A stretch of DNA of 64,000 nucleotides from Micromonospora sp. (GCA_036563645.1 DATCMA010000056.1:9898-73897), one strand, 5' to 3'. Counted from the first letter of the stretch, positions 18,890-28,187 are shown. Numbers and translations are program-made. Notes: generated from the sequence alone by a model not told the origin.

Positions 18890-20620
18890 GTGGTGCTCTC
18901 CACTCGGCCGCGGCGACCAACTGACCTCGGCCCGGCCACAGGGGACGACCGGACGACGGGGCGTCCCCGCCATCCGTCCACCAGCGACAAATCCTCCGTA
19001 GAGGATCTCCCGACGCGGCGGCGCGGGAGAAGCAAGCTCGCCACGGCACTGGCCGCAGGGCTGGTCGTGGCCGCCGCCCTCACCCCCCATCAGCTCGACC
19101 AGCTCACCCCCGCCGCGATGCTGCGGATTCCGTTGGAAGGCCTCCTCGCCGTCGCCGTCCTGCTCGCGCTCCCGCCGCGGGCGCGGCGGGTGGCGGCGGT
19201 CGCGCTCGGCGCGCTCCTCAGTCTCCTGGTCGTCGTGAAGCTCGCCGACCTCGGCTTCGCCACGGCGCTCGGGCGGCCGTTCCACGTGCTCTTTGACTGG
19301 GTCCTCCTCGACGACGCCGTGGGCTTCGTCGCCACCTCCTTCGGCCGCACCGCCGCGATCGTCGCGGTCGGGGTCACCGTGCTCCTCCTGCTCACCCTGC
19401 CCGTGGCGCTCATCGCCGCGGTGCTGCGGCTGTCCCGCGTGGTCGCCCAGCGCCGCGCCGCGGCGACCAGAGCGGTGGCGGCGCTGACGGCCCTGTGGGT
19501 CGTCTGCGCGGCGTTCGACGTCCGCATCGTCCCGGCGGTGCCGATCGCCGACACCCACGCCACCGACCTCGCCGCCGCGCACCTGCGTCAGGTGCCCGAG
19601 GGTTTGCGGGACCGGGACCGGTTCGCCACCGAACTCGTCAACGATCCGTTCCGATACACCCCGGGCGAGGAGCTCCTCACCGCGCTGCGCGGCAAGGACG
19701 TCCTGTTCGTCTTCATCGAAAGCTACGGACGGAACGCGGTCGAGGCTCCCGAGTTCGCCCCCGCGATCGGCGCTGTCCTCGACGAGGGGTATCGCCGGCT
19801 CCAGGCCGCCGGATACACCGCCCGAAGCGCCTTCCTCACCTCGTCGACCATCGGAGGGGCGAGCTGGCTCGCCCACGACACGCTGTTCTCCGGGCTGTGG
19901 ATCGACAGCGAGCAGCGCCACCGCGCGCTCCTCGCCAGCGACCGGCTGACACTACACAAGGCGTTTCGGCGCGCGAACTGGGAGACCGTCGGGGTGATGC
20001 CCGCGGTCACGCACGACTGGCCCGAGGGCAAGTTCTTCGGCTACCAGCGGTTCTACGACAGCCGCCGGCTCGGCTACCGCGGGCCGACCTTCGCCTACGC
20101 CCCCGTCCCCGACCAGTTCACGCTCGCCGCGTTCCACCGCCTGGAGCGCGCCCGGCGCGACCGCGGCCCCCTGATGGCCGAGATCGACCTCGTCTCCAGC
20201 CACTCGCCGTGGACCGTGCTTCCCCGCATGCTGGAGTGGTCGGAGGTCGGGGACGGTGCGGTGTACCACCAGTCCCGGGTCGTCACTCAGCGGGACAAGC
20301 GGGGGGAGACCGCGCGGCAGGCGCGTGACGCCTACCGCCAGACCATCGAGTACTCCCTCCGCTGTCTGATCTCCTATGTGGAGACGTACGGGGACGACAA
20401 CCTCGTGGTCGTGTTCCTCGGCGACCACCAACCCTCGCCGCTCATCACCGGACCGAACCCCAGCCGGGACGTGCCGATCGCGATCCTGGCGCGGGACCCG
20501 GCGGTGATTGACCGGATCGCCGACTGGGGGTGGCAGGACGGGCTGCGGCCCGGGCCCCACGCGCCGGTGTGGCGCATGGACGCCTTCCGCGACCGGTTCC
20601 TCACCGCCTTCAGCTCCTAG
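18890..20620 (+). CDS. membrane-anchored alkaline-phosphatase-superfamily (sulfatase / LtaS-EptA-like) protein
   Basis: N-terminal multi-TM region, then an extracytoplasmic domain ..VLFVFIESYGR..TSSTIGGASWLAHDTLFSG..VVFLGDHQP.. Assigned by architecture and motif recall. Confidence 0.65.
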   Translation: MVLSTRPRRPTDLGPATGDDRTTGRPRHPSTSDKSSVEDLPTRRRGRSKLATALAAGLVVAAALTPHQLDQLTPAAMLRIPLEGLLAVAVLLALPPRARRVAAVALGALLSLLVVVKLADLGFATALGRPFHVLFDWVLLDDAVGFVATSFGRTAAIVAVGVTVLLLLTLPVALIAAVLRLSRVVAQRRAAATRAVAALTALWVVCAAFDVRIVPAVPIADTHATDLAAAHLRQVPEGLRDRDRFATELVNDPFRYTPGEELLTALRGKDVLFVFIESYGRNAVEAPEFAPAIGAVLDEGYRRLQAAGYTARSAFLTSSTIGGASWLAHDTLFSGLWIDSEQRHRALLASDRLTLHKAFRRANWETVGVMPAVTHDWPEGKFFGYQRFYDSRRLGYRGPTFAYAPVPDQFTLAAFHRLERARRDRGPLMAEIDLVSSHSPWTVLPRMLEWSEVGDGAVYHQSRVVTQRDKRGETARQARDAYRQTIEYSLRCLISYVETYGDDNLVVVFLGDHQPSPLITGPNPSRDVPIAILARDPAVIDRIADWGWQDGLRPGPHAPVWRMDAFRDRFLTAFSS

Positions 20621-20676
20621 CGAGCATCGAAGCGGCGACCGAGCGGGGCGAGGCGGCGGACCCGGGCGCGGTGGGA

Positions 20677-21462
20677 TCAGCGGCCGACGAGGGTCGTCCC
20701 GATGACGGCGAGCAGCGCCACGCTGTTGACGATCTCGATGAGCCCTATCTGGACCGGGGCGAGGCGGCGGCGCGGCAGCAACCAGGCGCGCAGCGCGGTC
20801 CAGGCGAAGAACGCCGCTGCCGCGGGCCCGAGCGGGAGGCTCGCGACGAGCGCCGCCGCGTGGTAGCCGAGCGACCAGCGGTGGAACGTCCGGTTGTCGC
20901 GCTCGCGGATCATCGTCTTGACGAAGAAGGCGGTGCCCGCGAAGTACAGCGCGCAGGCGGCGAACGCCCCGGCCCCGGCCCACGGGTCCGCGCCGGCCAC
21001 GGTGACCACGACCGCAACCATGAGGCAGCTCTGCGCCACCGCGGCGAGGTCGTTGAGGAGGGTCCGTTCCCGGCGCCGCCAGGCGCTCACCGCGTTGATC
21101 CCGAGGAGGACGGCGAACACGGGGGCGTACCACAGCACGGCCGGGCGCAGCGCCAGCACCAGCAGCGCCGCGGGCAGCGTCACCGCCCCGTAGACGAGGA
21201 GTTGGGCGCGGAACCGACGGGGCCGACGGCTCTTGAGCGCCTGAAAGACGTAGTAGGACCACAGGTAGCCGCCGATCCACGCGACGAGCAGCGGCGCGTG
21301 CAGCCAGCGCGCCCCGACGACGAGCAGCCCGGCGAGGTACGGCACGAGCAGCATCGCCCACGCGCCGTGCTGCGGGGGAATGAACTGTCGGCGGCGTGCC
21401 CCGGCCGAGCTCCGCCGCGCCGGCGCCGCCTGCTCCACCCTCGAGGGGGTTTCGGTGCTCAT
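20677..21462 (-). CDS. YwiC-like membrane protein
   Basis: ..FIPPQHGAWAMLLVPYLAGL.. opening and polytopic body. ATGA overlap with the upstream regulator stop. Confidence 0.65.
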   Translation of the reverse strand: MSTETPSRVEQAAPARRSSAGARRRQFIPPQHGAWAMLLVPYLAGLLVVGARWLHAPLLVAWIGGYLWSYYVFQALKSRRPRRFRAQLLVYGAVTLPAALLVLALRPAVLWYAPVFAVLLGINAVSAWRRRERTLLNDLAAVAQSCLMVAVVVTVAGADPWAGAGAFAACALYFAGTAFFVKTMIRERDNRTFHRWSLGYHAAALVASLPLGPAAAAFFAWTALRAWLLPRRRLAPVQIGLIEIVNSVALLAVIGTTLVGR

Positions 21463-22193
21463 TCCTGCGCGCCTCCTCGCATCGCAACGGGATCGCCGAC
21501 CGGATCGGTGGGCGGCGTCAGTCGGACGATGCACGCGGTCGACGCGCCGAACGGGGTGAGCGTCACCGTCGGAGCCGCCCCACCCGAGGTGCCCACGGCA
21601 CCCCGAATGATTCCTAAGTGGATTCCGCAGATCACGTCCGCGCTCGCGTCGACGAGGTCCCGGAATGGACAGTTCCGCAGGTGAATCTCGACGGGCTCCG
21701 CGCCCTGGCGGCGGGTGACGGTGGGGTCGAACCCGAGCTGGTTCACCACGGTGACGACCCGCTCCCCCGGGCTGCCCGCGTCGAGCCCTGCCGCGAGGCG
21801 CCGCCCCCAGCCGCGCCCCGCCGCGATGCCGGCGCGCCACGGGTCGTCGGCGGTGGCCGCGAGGTACTCCGCCAGCGCCATCGCCATCTCGCGATAAGGG
21901 CCGACCGCTGGATCGACCCCGGCGCGATACCGCCAAGCCGGACGTCCCGGAACCCCAGTGGGAACGCGGTCGCGCCGCAGCAGCCCGGCGGCGGTGAGCT
22001 GGTCGAGGTGCTCCCGCACCGTGCTCAGGCGGCGGCCCACGCCCTCGGCGACCTCCGCGGCGGTCACACCCTCCGGCGCGGCGCGCACGAACCGCAGGAT
22101 CGCTACCCGGATCGGGGAGGCCAAGGCGCGATGCCGGGACGGATCGACCCCTATGGCCGAAGGCCCGGCCCTACCGTTTTCCACGAACAGCAA
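21459..22193 (-). CDS. winged-helix (ArsR-like) transcriptional regulator with C-terminal extension
   Basis: ..HRALASPIRVAILRFVRAAPEGVTAAEVAEGVGRRLSTVREHLDQLTAAGLLRR.. TTG/GTG start uncertain. Confidence 0.7.
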   Translation of the reverse strand: MLFVENGRAGPSAIGVDPSRHRALASPIRVAILRFVRAAPEGVTAAEVAEGVGRRLSTVREHLDQLTAAGLLRRDRVPTGVPGRPAWRYRAGVDPAVGPYREMAMALAEYLAATADDPWRAGIAAGRGWGRRLAAGLDAGSPGERVVTVVNQLGFDPTVTRRQGAEPVEIHLRNCPFRDLVDASADVICGIHLGIIRGAVGTSGGAAPTVTLTPFGASTACIVRLTPPTDPVGDPVAMRGGAQE

Positions 22194-22257
22194 CGTTACA
22201 ACGGAAATCCCCGGTGTAATTCGCCGGGGTGCCGCTCCCTCGCGCAGGGCGGGCGCG

Positions 22258-23307
22258 TCACCGAGCGAGCACGACCTTGAGCGCCCCCGTCTCCCCGGGG
22301 CGGGCGAAGACGTCGTACGCCGCCACGGCCTCCGCCAGGGGGAACCGGTGAGTGATCATCTGCTCCGTCGGGAGGTGTCCGGCCGCGAGCATCCGCAACA
22401 GCGTGGGGATGGTGACGGTGTCCACCAGACCCGTGGTCAGCGTGATGTTCCGGTTCCACAGCTCCTCGAGGTGCAGGGTGACCGGCTTGCCGTGCACGCC
22501 GATGTTGGCGACGCGCCCACCGGGGCGCACCATTTTCAGGCACAGCTCGAACGTCACCGGAAGCCCCACCGCTTCCATGACCACGTCCGCGCCGAGCCCA
22601 TCGGTGAGGGCGCGCACGTGCTCGACCGGGTCGTCCTCGGGGGACAGCGCGACGTCGGCTCCGAACCGCTGAGCCGCGTCCCGGCGGCTCTCCGCGGTGT
22701 CGATCGCGATGACCTGTGCGGGCGAGAGCATCCGGGCGGTGAGGATCGCGGCCAGGCCGATCGGCCCCGCGCCAACGATCACCACGACGTCGCCGGGCCG
22801 AACCTGACCGTTGAGAACCCCCACTTCGTACGAGGTGGGCAGGATGTCGGCGAGGAGGACCGCCGATTCGTCACTGACCTCCGCCGGCAGCGGGTAGGTG
22901 GACAGGTCCGCGAACGGCACCCGCACGTACTCCGCCTGCACCCCATCGATCGTGTGCCCGAGGACCCACCCTCCCCCGCCGGTGCATTGGCTGTAGCGGT
23001 GGCTGCGGCAGAAGCGGCAGCGGCCGCAGGCGGAGATGCACGAGAGGAGGACACGGTCGCCGGGACGGATCGTGCTGACCGCAGCCCCCACCTCCTGGAC
23101 GGTGCCGACGGCCTCGTGGCCGAGCACCCGCCCCGGCCTCGCGGTCGGCACGTCGCCGTGGAGGATGTGCAGGTCCGTCCCGCAGATCGTGGCGGTGTCG
23201 ACGCGGACGATCGCATCGGTGGGCTCGACGATCGTGGGGTCGGGCACGTCGGTCCACGCCGGATCACCGGGGCCGCGGTAGACAAGCGCTTTCACCGATC
23301 CCCCCAT
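22258..23307 (-). CDS. zinc-dependent alcohol dehydrogenase
   Basis: ..ICGTDLHILHGD..GHEAVGTVQEVG..CGRCRFCRSHRYSQC..VVIVGAGPIGLAA.. Start 23307 or GTG 23295. Confidence 0.9.
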   Translation of the reverse strand: MGGSVKALVYRGPGDPAWTDVPDPTIVEPTDAIVRVDTATICGTDLHILHGDVPTARPGRVLGHEAVGTVQEVGAAVSTIRPGDRVLLSCISACGRCRFCRSHRYSQCTGGGGWVLGHTIDGVQAEYVRVPFADLSTYPLPAEVSDESAVLLADILPTSYEVGVLNGQVRPGDVVVIVGAGPIGLAAILTARMLSPAQVIAIDTAESRRDAAQRFGADVALSPEDDPVEHVRALTDGLGADVVMEAVGLPVTFELCLKMVRPGGRVANIGVHGKPVTLHLEELWNRNITLTTGLVDTVTIPTLLRMLAAGHLPTEQMITHRFPLAEAVAAYDVFARPGETGALKVVLAR

Positions 23308-23414
23308 CGCTCCCCGCTATCGATGGCGGCCCTCGCCGCGACTCCCCCACCACGGGGCCCGCCGATGGCCACCCCAGCCGCCACGCTACGGCAGGCGCGG
23401 CACGCCGGACGACA

Positions 23415-23460
23415 CATCGACAGAGACTGTGACGGCGCATCGACAGAGACGGGGACGGCC
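23415..23460. repeat. tandem direct repeat, 2 x 23 bp (CATCGACAGAGAC-N-G-N-GACGGC)
   Basis: catcgacagagacTgTgacggc and catcgacagagacGgGgacggc. The 13-nt cores are identical, at 23415-23427 and 23438-23450. Located in the divergent ADH/USP intergenic region. Confidence 0.6.
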
Positions 23461-23541
23461 GGTCAGAAGGACATCACTCGTGACCTAGCTCGGCATACGT
23501 GCTCAACGCCGGGATGGGCGGTAGGTTCGACCGGGAAAGGG

Positions 23542-23553
23542 CGTGACGTCACG
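23542..23553. promoter_or_regulatory. perfect 12-bp palindrome CGTGACGTCACG
   Basis: Read directly. About 43 nt upstream of the USP ATG. Confidence 0.3.
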
Positions 23554-23595
23554 AACCGCCGGAGCATCCGGACCGGCGCGAACAGGAGGTTGATC

Positions 23596-24498
23596 ATGAC
23601 GGCTGCCGCCCCGCGTCCGGTCGTGATCGGAGTGGATGGCTCGGCGTCGGCATCCGCCGCCGTGCGGCTCGCCGCCCACGAGGCCGCCCGGCGCGGCTGC
23701 CCGCTGCGGGTCGTGCACGCGTTCATCTGGCCCTTGCTGCGGGTGCCGCTCGGCCCTTCCCCTCTCGGGCCGCCGGAGGGAGGTCTCCGCGCGCAAGCGG
23801 ACCGCATCGTCGCCGACGCGATAACCGACGCCCACGCGGCCGCCCCCGATGTGCCAGTCACCGGCGAGGTCGTGGAGGGCGCCCCGGCGGCGGTGCTGCT
23901 CCGCGAGTCGCGGCGGGCTGAGCTCGTGGTAATCGGCAGCCGCGGGCTCGGCGGGTTCGCCGGGTTGGTGCTCGGGTCCGTCGCCACCCAGGTCGCCGAG
24001 TACGCCCACTGCCCGGTGCTGGTGGCCCGGGGTGAGGAACACGCCGGAGGACCCGTAGTCGTCGGCGTCGACGGGTCTGAGCACGCCACGCTCGCGCTTG
24101 ACTTCGCGTGGGAGCAGGCCGCGCGGCGCGCCACCGACCTGGTCGTCGTGCACGCCTGGCGCTCGCCGGGCTTGCGCGTGCGGGCGACCGCGCCGCCACC
24201 GAGCCCCGACCGCACCGCGGAGGCGGAGGGCGAGAAGCTGCTCGCCACGCTGGTGGCCGACGCGCGCCGTCGCCACCCCGAGATACCCGTCACCGAGCGG
24301 CTCCTGCCGGGCCCGCCGGCCAAGGCCCTGCTCGCCGCCGCGGAGACGGCGCAGCTCATCGTGGTCGGAGCCCGAGGCCTCGGTGGGTTCGCCGGGATGC
24401 TCCTCGGCTCCGTCAGTCAGGCGGTGGTGCGCCACGCCCCGTGCCCGGTGGCGATCGTCCGGCCCCGCGCCACCGCGAGCGAGCCGGCAGAATCCTGA
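23596..24498 (+). CDS. tandem universal stress protein (two UspA domains)
   Basis: ..VVIGVDGSASASAAV..LVVIGSRGLGGFAGLVLGSVATQVAEYAHCPVLV.. repeated in the second half. AGGAGG 7 nt before ATG 23596. Confidence 0.9.
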   Translation: MTAAAPRPVVIGVDGSASASAAVRLAAHEAARRGCPLRVVHAFIWPLLRVPLGPSPLGPPEGGLRAQADRIVADAITDAHAAAPDVPVTGEVVEGAPAAVLLRESRRAELVVIGSRGLGGFAGLVLGSVATQVAEYAHCPVLVARGEEHAGGPVVVGVDGSEHATLALDFAWEQAARRATDLVVVHAWRSPGLRVRATAPPPSPDRTAEAEGEKLLATLVADARRRHPEIPVTERLLPGPPAKALLAAAETAQLIVVGARGLGGFAGMLLGSVSQAVVRHAPCPVAIVRPRATASEPAES

Positions 24499-24544
24499 TT
24501 CGATTCCCTCACGATCCCGTCCTATCGGCCTCTACCGTCGCGCG

Positions 24545-26320
24545 ATGTCCACCACCACCCCCCGCATCGAACCGAACGATGACCCGCGAGACCACCCCTC
24601 GCTCGGGCTGAGCCCGCTGTCCCGGGTGCGCCTGGACGAGTTGCTCCAGGAGATGCTCGACCGGGTCAGTGAGGTCATCGACAGCCGAGAGCGGCTACGG
24701 GCGCTGCTGGACGCGGTTGTCGGGATCAGCACAGATCTCGACCTGCGCAGCACGCTGCAGCGGATCGTGCAGGCCGCCTGCCAGCTCGCCAACGCCAAGT
24801 ACGGCGCGCTGGGCGTGGTGGGCAAGGATCGGACGCTGCAGGAATTCGTCACGCACGGGCTCAGCCGACAGCACGAGGCGTACCTGAACGATCCGCCGCA
24901 CGGCCGGGGGATCCTCGGTCTGCTCCTTGAGGAGCCTCGTCCGCTGCGCCTCACGGACCTCACCACGCACCCCAAGGCGTACGGGTTCCCGCCCAACCAT
25001 CCCCCGATGCGCAGCTTCTTGGGGGTGCCGATCCTCGTCCGCGACCGCGTCTTCGGCAACTTGTACCTCGCGGACAAGAAGAGCGGCGGAGAGTTCACTG
25101 AGGACGATGAGGAGATCGTGACGGCGTTGGCAGCCGCCGCGGGGGTGGCGATCGAGAACGCCCAACTCTACGAGGTGACGCAGCGGCGGGAACGGTGGAT
25201 GGCCGCCAGCCTAGAGATCACCAAGGCGCTCCTGGGCGACGTCCGCCGCACCGACGCGCTGAGCCTGGTCGCCCGGCACGCCCGCGAGGTCGCCAACGCC
25301 GACCTGGTGCTCGTCCTGCTCTACGACGACGGCACCGGCCAGTTCATCGTCGACGTGGTGCAGGCCACCGAGGGCGTCGTCGCCCCACCCGTGGGGAGCA
25401 CGGTCGCCGCGGCGGAGACCACCTTCGCCGATGTCGTCACCACCCGGCGACAGACGGTGATCGACAATTTGGCGACCGCCGCGCCGTGGCCGGTGTCGAT
25501 GCCGCCCACCTCGGCCGTCGTCTCCCCGCTCGCCGCTGGCGACACCTTACACGGGTTGCTGGTCGTGGCCGGGAGCCAGCGGGGTGAGGATGAGGCGCGG
25601 TTGCTGGCCACGTTCGCGGGGCAGGCCGCGCTGGCGATGGAGCGGGCCCGGGCTCAGGAGGAACGCGCGCTGCTCGCGGTCCTCGAGGACCGGGAGCGCA
25701 TCGCCCGGGACCTGCACGACGTGGTGATCCAGCGGCTGTTCGCCACGGGCCTGCAACTCCAGAGCACCGTGCCGCTGATCGGGCGGGCGGACGTGGGACA
25801 GCGCATCAACGACGCCGTCGACGAGTTGGACTCGACGATTCGCGACATCCGACGCACGATCTTCGAGCTGCGCACCCCCATGACCGCCGCGCTGCGCACG
25901 GAGATCCGCAAAGAGGTGGACGCGGCCGCGGCGTCCCTGGGGTTTCGCCCCACGCTCCACCTGAACGGGCCGATCGACAGCGCGGTTCCGGACGAGATCC
26001 GTCCGGATATACTCGCCGTGCTCCGCGAAGCACTGTCCAATGTGGTACGTCACGCGCACGCCAGCCGGCTCGCGGTGACCGTGGCGGTAGACGAGGGTCG
26101 CCTCACCCTCACCGTGGCCGACGACGGCGTCGGGACGAACCCGGACGCGGCCCGCGGCGGGCTGGTCACCATGCGGGAACGCGCCGCCACGCACGGGGGC
26201 GAGTTCGCGATCATGCCGAACGACCCCTCCGGCACCGTGCTGCGCTGGAGCGTGCCGCTCCACGGCGCAGACGCCGCGGCGGATCCCCCGGTCAGAGCCG
26301 AGGCCCGAGGAGCCGAGTAG
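24545..26320 (+). CDS. GAF-GAF sensor histidine kinase (DevS/DosT-like, HisKA_3 + HATPase)
   Basis: Two GAF-like blocks (..LQRIVQAACQLANAKYGALGVV..SFLGVPILVRDRVFGNLYLADK..). H-box ERERIARDLHDVVIQRLF. ATPase region ..VADDGVG..GGLVTMRERA.. Confidence 0.9.
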   Translation: MSTTTPRIEPNDDPRDHPSLGLSPLSRVRLDELLQEMLDRVSEVIDSRERLRALLDAVVGISTDLDLRSTLQRIVQAACQLANAKYGALGVVGKDRTLQEFVTHGLSRQHEAYLNDPPHGRGILGLLLEEPRPLRLTDLTTHPKAYGFPPNHPPMRSFLGVPILVRDRVFGNLYLADKKSGGEFTEDDEEIVTALAAAAGVAIENAQLYEVTQRRERWMAASLEITKALLGDVRRTDALSLVARHAREVANADLVLVLLYDDGTGQFIVDVVQATEGVVAPPVGSTVAAAETTFADVVTTRRQTVIDNLATAAPWPVSMPPTSAVVSPLAAGDTLHGLLVVAGSQRGEDEARLLATFAGQAALAMERARAQEERALLAVLEDRERIARDLHDVVIQRLFATGLQLQSTVPLIGRADVGQRINDAVDELDSTIRDIRRTIFELRTPMTAALRTEIRKEVDAAAASLGFRPTLHLNGPIDSAVPDEIRPDILAVLREALSNVVRHAHASRLAVTVAVDEGRLTLTVADDGVGTNPDAARGGLVTMRERAATHGGEFAIMPNDPSGTVLRWSVPLHGADAAADPPVRAEARGAE

Positions 26321-26930
26321 CGAGCACCGCCGCCTGTGTCCGCCGTTCGAGCCCCAGCTTCGCCAGCAGGCTAGAGACGTAGTTCTTCACGGTCTTCTCC
26401 GCGAGGTACATCCGCGCCGCGATCTCGCGGTTGGTCAGCCCTTCGGCGATGTACTCCAGAATGCGCCGCTCCTGCTCGGTCAGGGCCCGCAGCTCCCGGG
26501 GCTCCTCGACACCGGACCGAATCCGCTCGAGCACCCGCTGGGTGACGGCCGGATCCAGCAGCGACTGCCCGTTGGCCACGCGGCGTACCGCGTCCACCAG
26601 GTCGGTGCCCCGGATCTGCTTGAGCACATACCCCACGGCACCCGCCATGATCGCGGCGAACAGGGCCTCGTCATCCTCGTACGAGGTGAGGATGAGGCCC
26701 TTGATCGACGGGTCCACCGCCCGGATCTCCCGGCAGACGTCGATACCGTTGCCGTCGGGCAGCCGGGCATCGAGAATGGCGACATCGGGCCGCAGCGCGG
26801 GGATCCGGCGCACCGCTTCCTGAGCCGAGCCCGACTCCCCGACCACCTCGATATCCCCGGCGCTGTGCAAGAGGTCGATCAGACCACGGCGCACAACCTC
26901 GTGGTCGTCGAGCAGGAACACACGGATCAC
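26292..26930 (-). CDS. NarL/LuxR-family response regulator (DevR/DosR-like)
   Basis: Receiver MIRVFLLDDHEVVRRGL..PDVAILDARLPDGNG.. and LuxR HTH ..LTEQERRILEYIAEGLTNREIAARMYLAEKTVKNYVSSLLAKLG.. Its 3' end overlaps the kinase 3' end by 29 bp (convergent). Confidence 0.9.
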   Translation of the reverse strand: MIRVFLLDDHEVVRRGLIDLLHSAGDIEVVGESGSAQEAVRRIPALRPDVAILDARLPDGNGIDVCREIRAVDPSIKGLILTSYEDDEALFAAIMAGAVGYVLKQIRGTDLVDAVRRVANGQSLLDPAVTQRVLERIRSGVEEPRELRALTEQERRILEYIAEGLTNREIAARMYLAEKTVKNYVSSLLAKLGLERRTQAAVLATRLLGPRL

Positions 26931-27056
26931 TAGCCCTTTCTAGGCCACGGACTCCAGTCGGCGACAGAGTCGAAGGTCCCGGATTGTCCACCCGGATCGC
27001 GACGGTCGCGACAGATACGTCCCGGATGCCCAGTGCGGGCACGTCTACCTGACACA

Positions 27057-27073
27057 TTCGGGACTTGCGGCCC
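27057..27073. promoter_or_regulatory. candidate DevR/DosR-type half-box TTCGGGACTTGCGGCCC
   Basis: The first 10 nt match TTSGGGACTW of the mycobacterial 20-bp consensus. The second half is only partial (G..CCC). Lies about 110 nt upstream of the nitroreductase ATG. Confidence 0.3.
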
Positions 27074-27180
27074 TGCCCCCGAGCGGCACCACACCCGCAC
27101 TCTGGGGAAAAGACCGAGCCGTGGCCGCGCCGCAGAGCGGCGCGGGCGAGGAACGGTCGAGCGCGGCGGAGAGGCAGGGC

Positions 27181-28137
27181 ATGGCGAAGGCGTACACCGA
27201 GGAGGAGTTGCGCACCGCGGTGGCGGCCGCGATTCGCGCGCCCTCGCCGCTCAACAGCCAACCCTGGCGCTTTCGGCTGCGGGACGGCGGCATCGAGGTG
27301 CTCATCGACCCGCAGCGGACACTGCCGGTCACCGACCCCAGCGGGTGGGGCGCCCGGGTGGCCTGTGGGGCGGCGATATTCAACCTGCGACTCGCCCTCG
27401 CCGTCGCCGGCGTGCCCGCCGCCACGCGGCTGCGCCCCTACCCGGACCAACCGCTAGTGGTCGCGCGGCTGACCCCGACGACTCCCCGTCCGCCGACCCC
27501 GGTGGAGCGGTGCCTGCACGCGGCGATCCCGCACCGGCGGAGCCACCGGGCGCCGTTCTGGCCGACCCCGGTGCCGGCCGAGGCCCGCTGGCGGCTGGTG
27601 ACCGCCGCGCGGGACGAGGGCGCCACGCTCCAGCTCGTCATCGGCATGAGCGCGGTCGGGGCGGTGGCGGAGATCGCCCGGAGCGCGAACCGCGTCCTCG
27701 ACCGGAATCCGGAGTATCGGGCCGAGGTCGCCCGATGGACGCGGGACGGCGACGCCCCCGACGGGGTGCCGATCGCCGTCGGCGGCCCCGCCCCCGAGCC
27801 CCAGGACCTCCTGCCGGCGCGACCGTTCGCCCGGCAGGCGCGGGCCCCGGGCCGCGATTTCGAGCCAGAGCCCCTCGTGGCGGTCCTCATGACCACCGGG
27901 GACACCCCAACGGATCAGCTCATCGCCGGGCAAGCGCTGCAACGCGTGCTGCTCACCCTCACCGACGCCGGGCTGGCCGCATCCATGCTGTCGCAGCCCA
28001 TTGAGGTGCGGGCCGCGCGCGAGCAGCTTCGTCGGGCGCTGGGCCACTCGGGCATCCCGCAGATGGTGATGCGGATCGGGTACGGCGAGCCCGGCACGGC
28101 GACCTCCCGGCGCAGCGTCGACGAGGTGATCGACTGA
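27181..28137 (+). CDS. Acg-family nitroreductase-like FMN protein
   Basis: ..AAIRAPSPLNSQPWRFRL.. and ..AIPHRRSHRAPF.. with a double nitroreductase-fold layout. GGAGAGG before ATG 27181. Confidence 0.85.
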   Translation: MAKAYTEEELRTAVAAAIRAPSPLNSQPWRFRLRDGGIEVLIDPQRTLPVTDPSGWGARVACGAAIFNLRLALAVAGVPAATRLRPYPDQPLVVARLTPTTPRPPTPVERCLHAAIPHRRSHRAPFWPTPVPAEARWRLVTAARDEGATLQLVIGMSAVGAVAEIARSANRVLDRNPEYRAEVARWTRDGDAPDGVPIAVGGPAPEPQDLLPARPFARQARAPGRDFEPEPLVAVLMTTGDTPTDQLIAGQALQRVLLTLTDAGLAASMLSQPIEVRAAREQLRRALGHSGIPQMVMRIGYGEPGTATSRRSVDEVID

Positions 28138-28187
28138 TTCCCCCAGGGCGCGCCCGGCGCGGCGGGCCCGACGCCGCCCCGGCCTGA

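Noticed and set aside
21958-24498. 846-aa plus-strand ORF
   Set aside because: Only the last 300 codons (from ATG 23596 with AGGAGG) are USP-like. The upstream part is the antisense shadow of the regulator and Zn-ADH genes, with Arg/Gly/Pro-rich junk composition.
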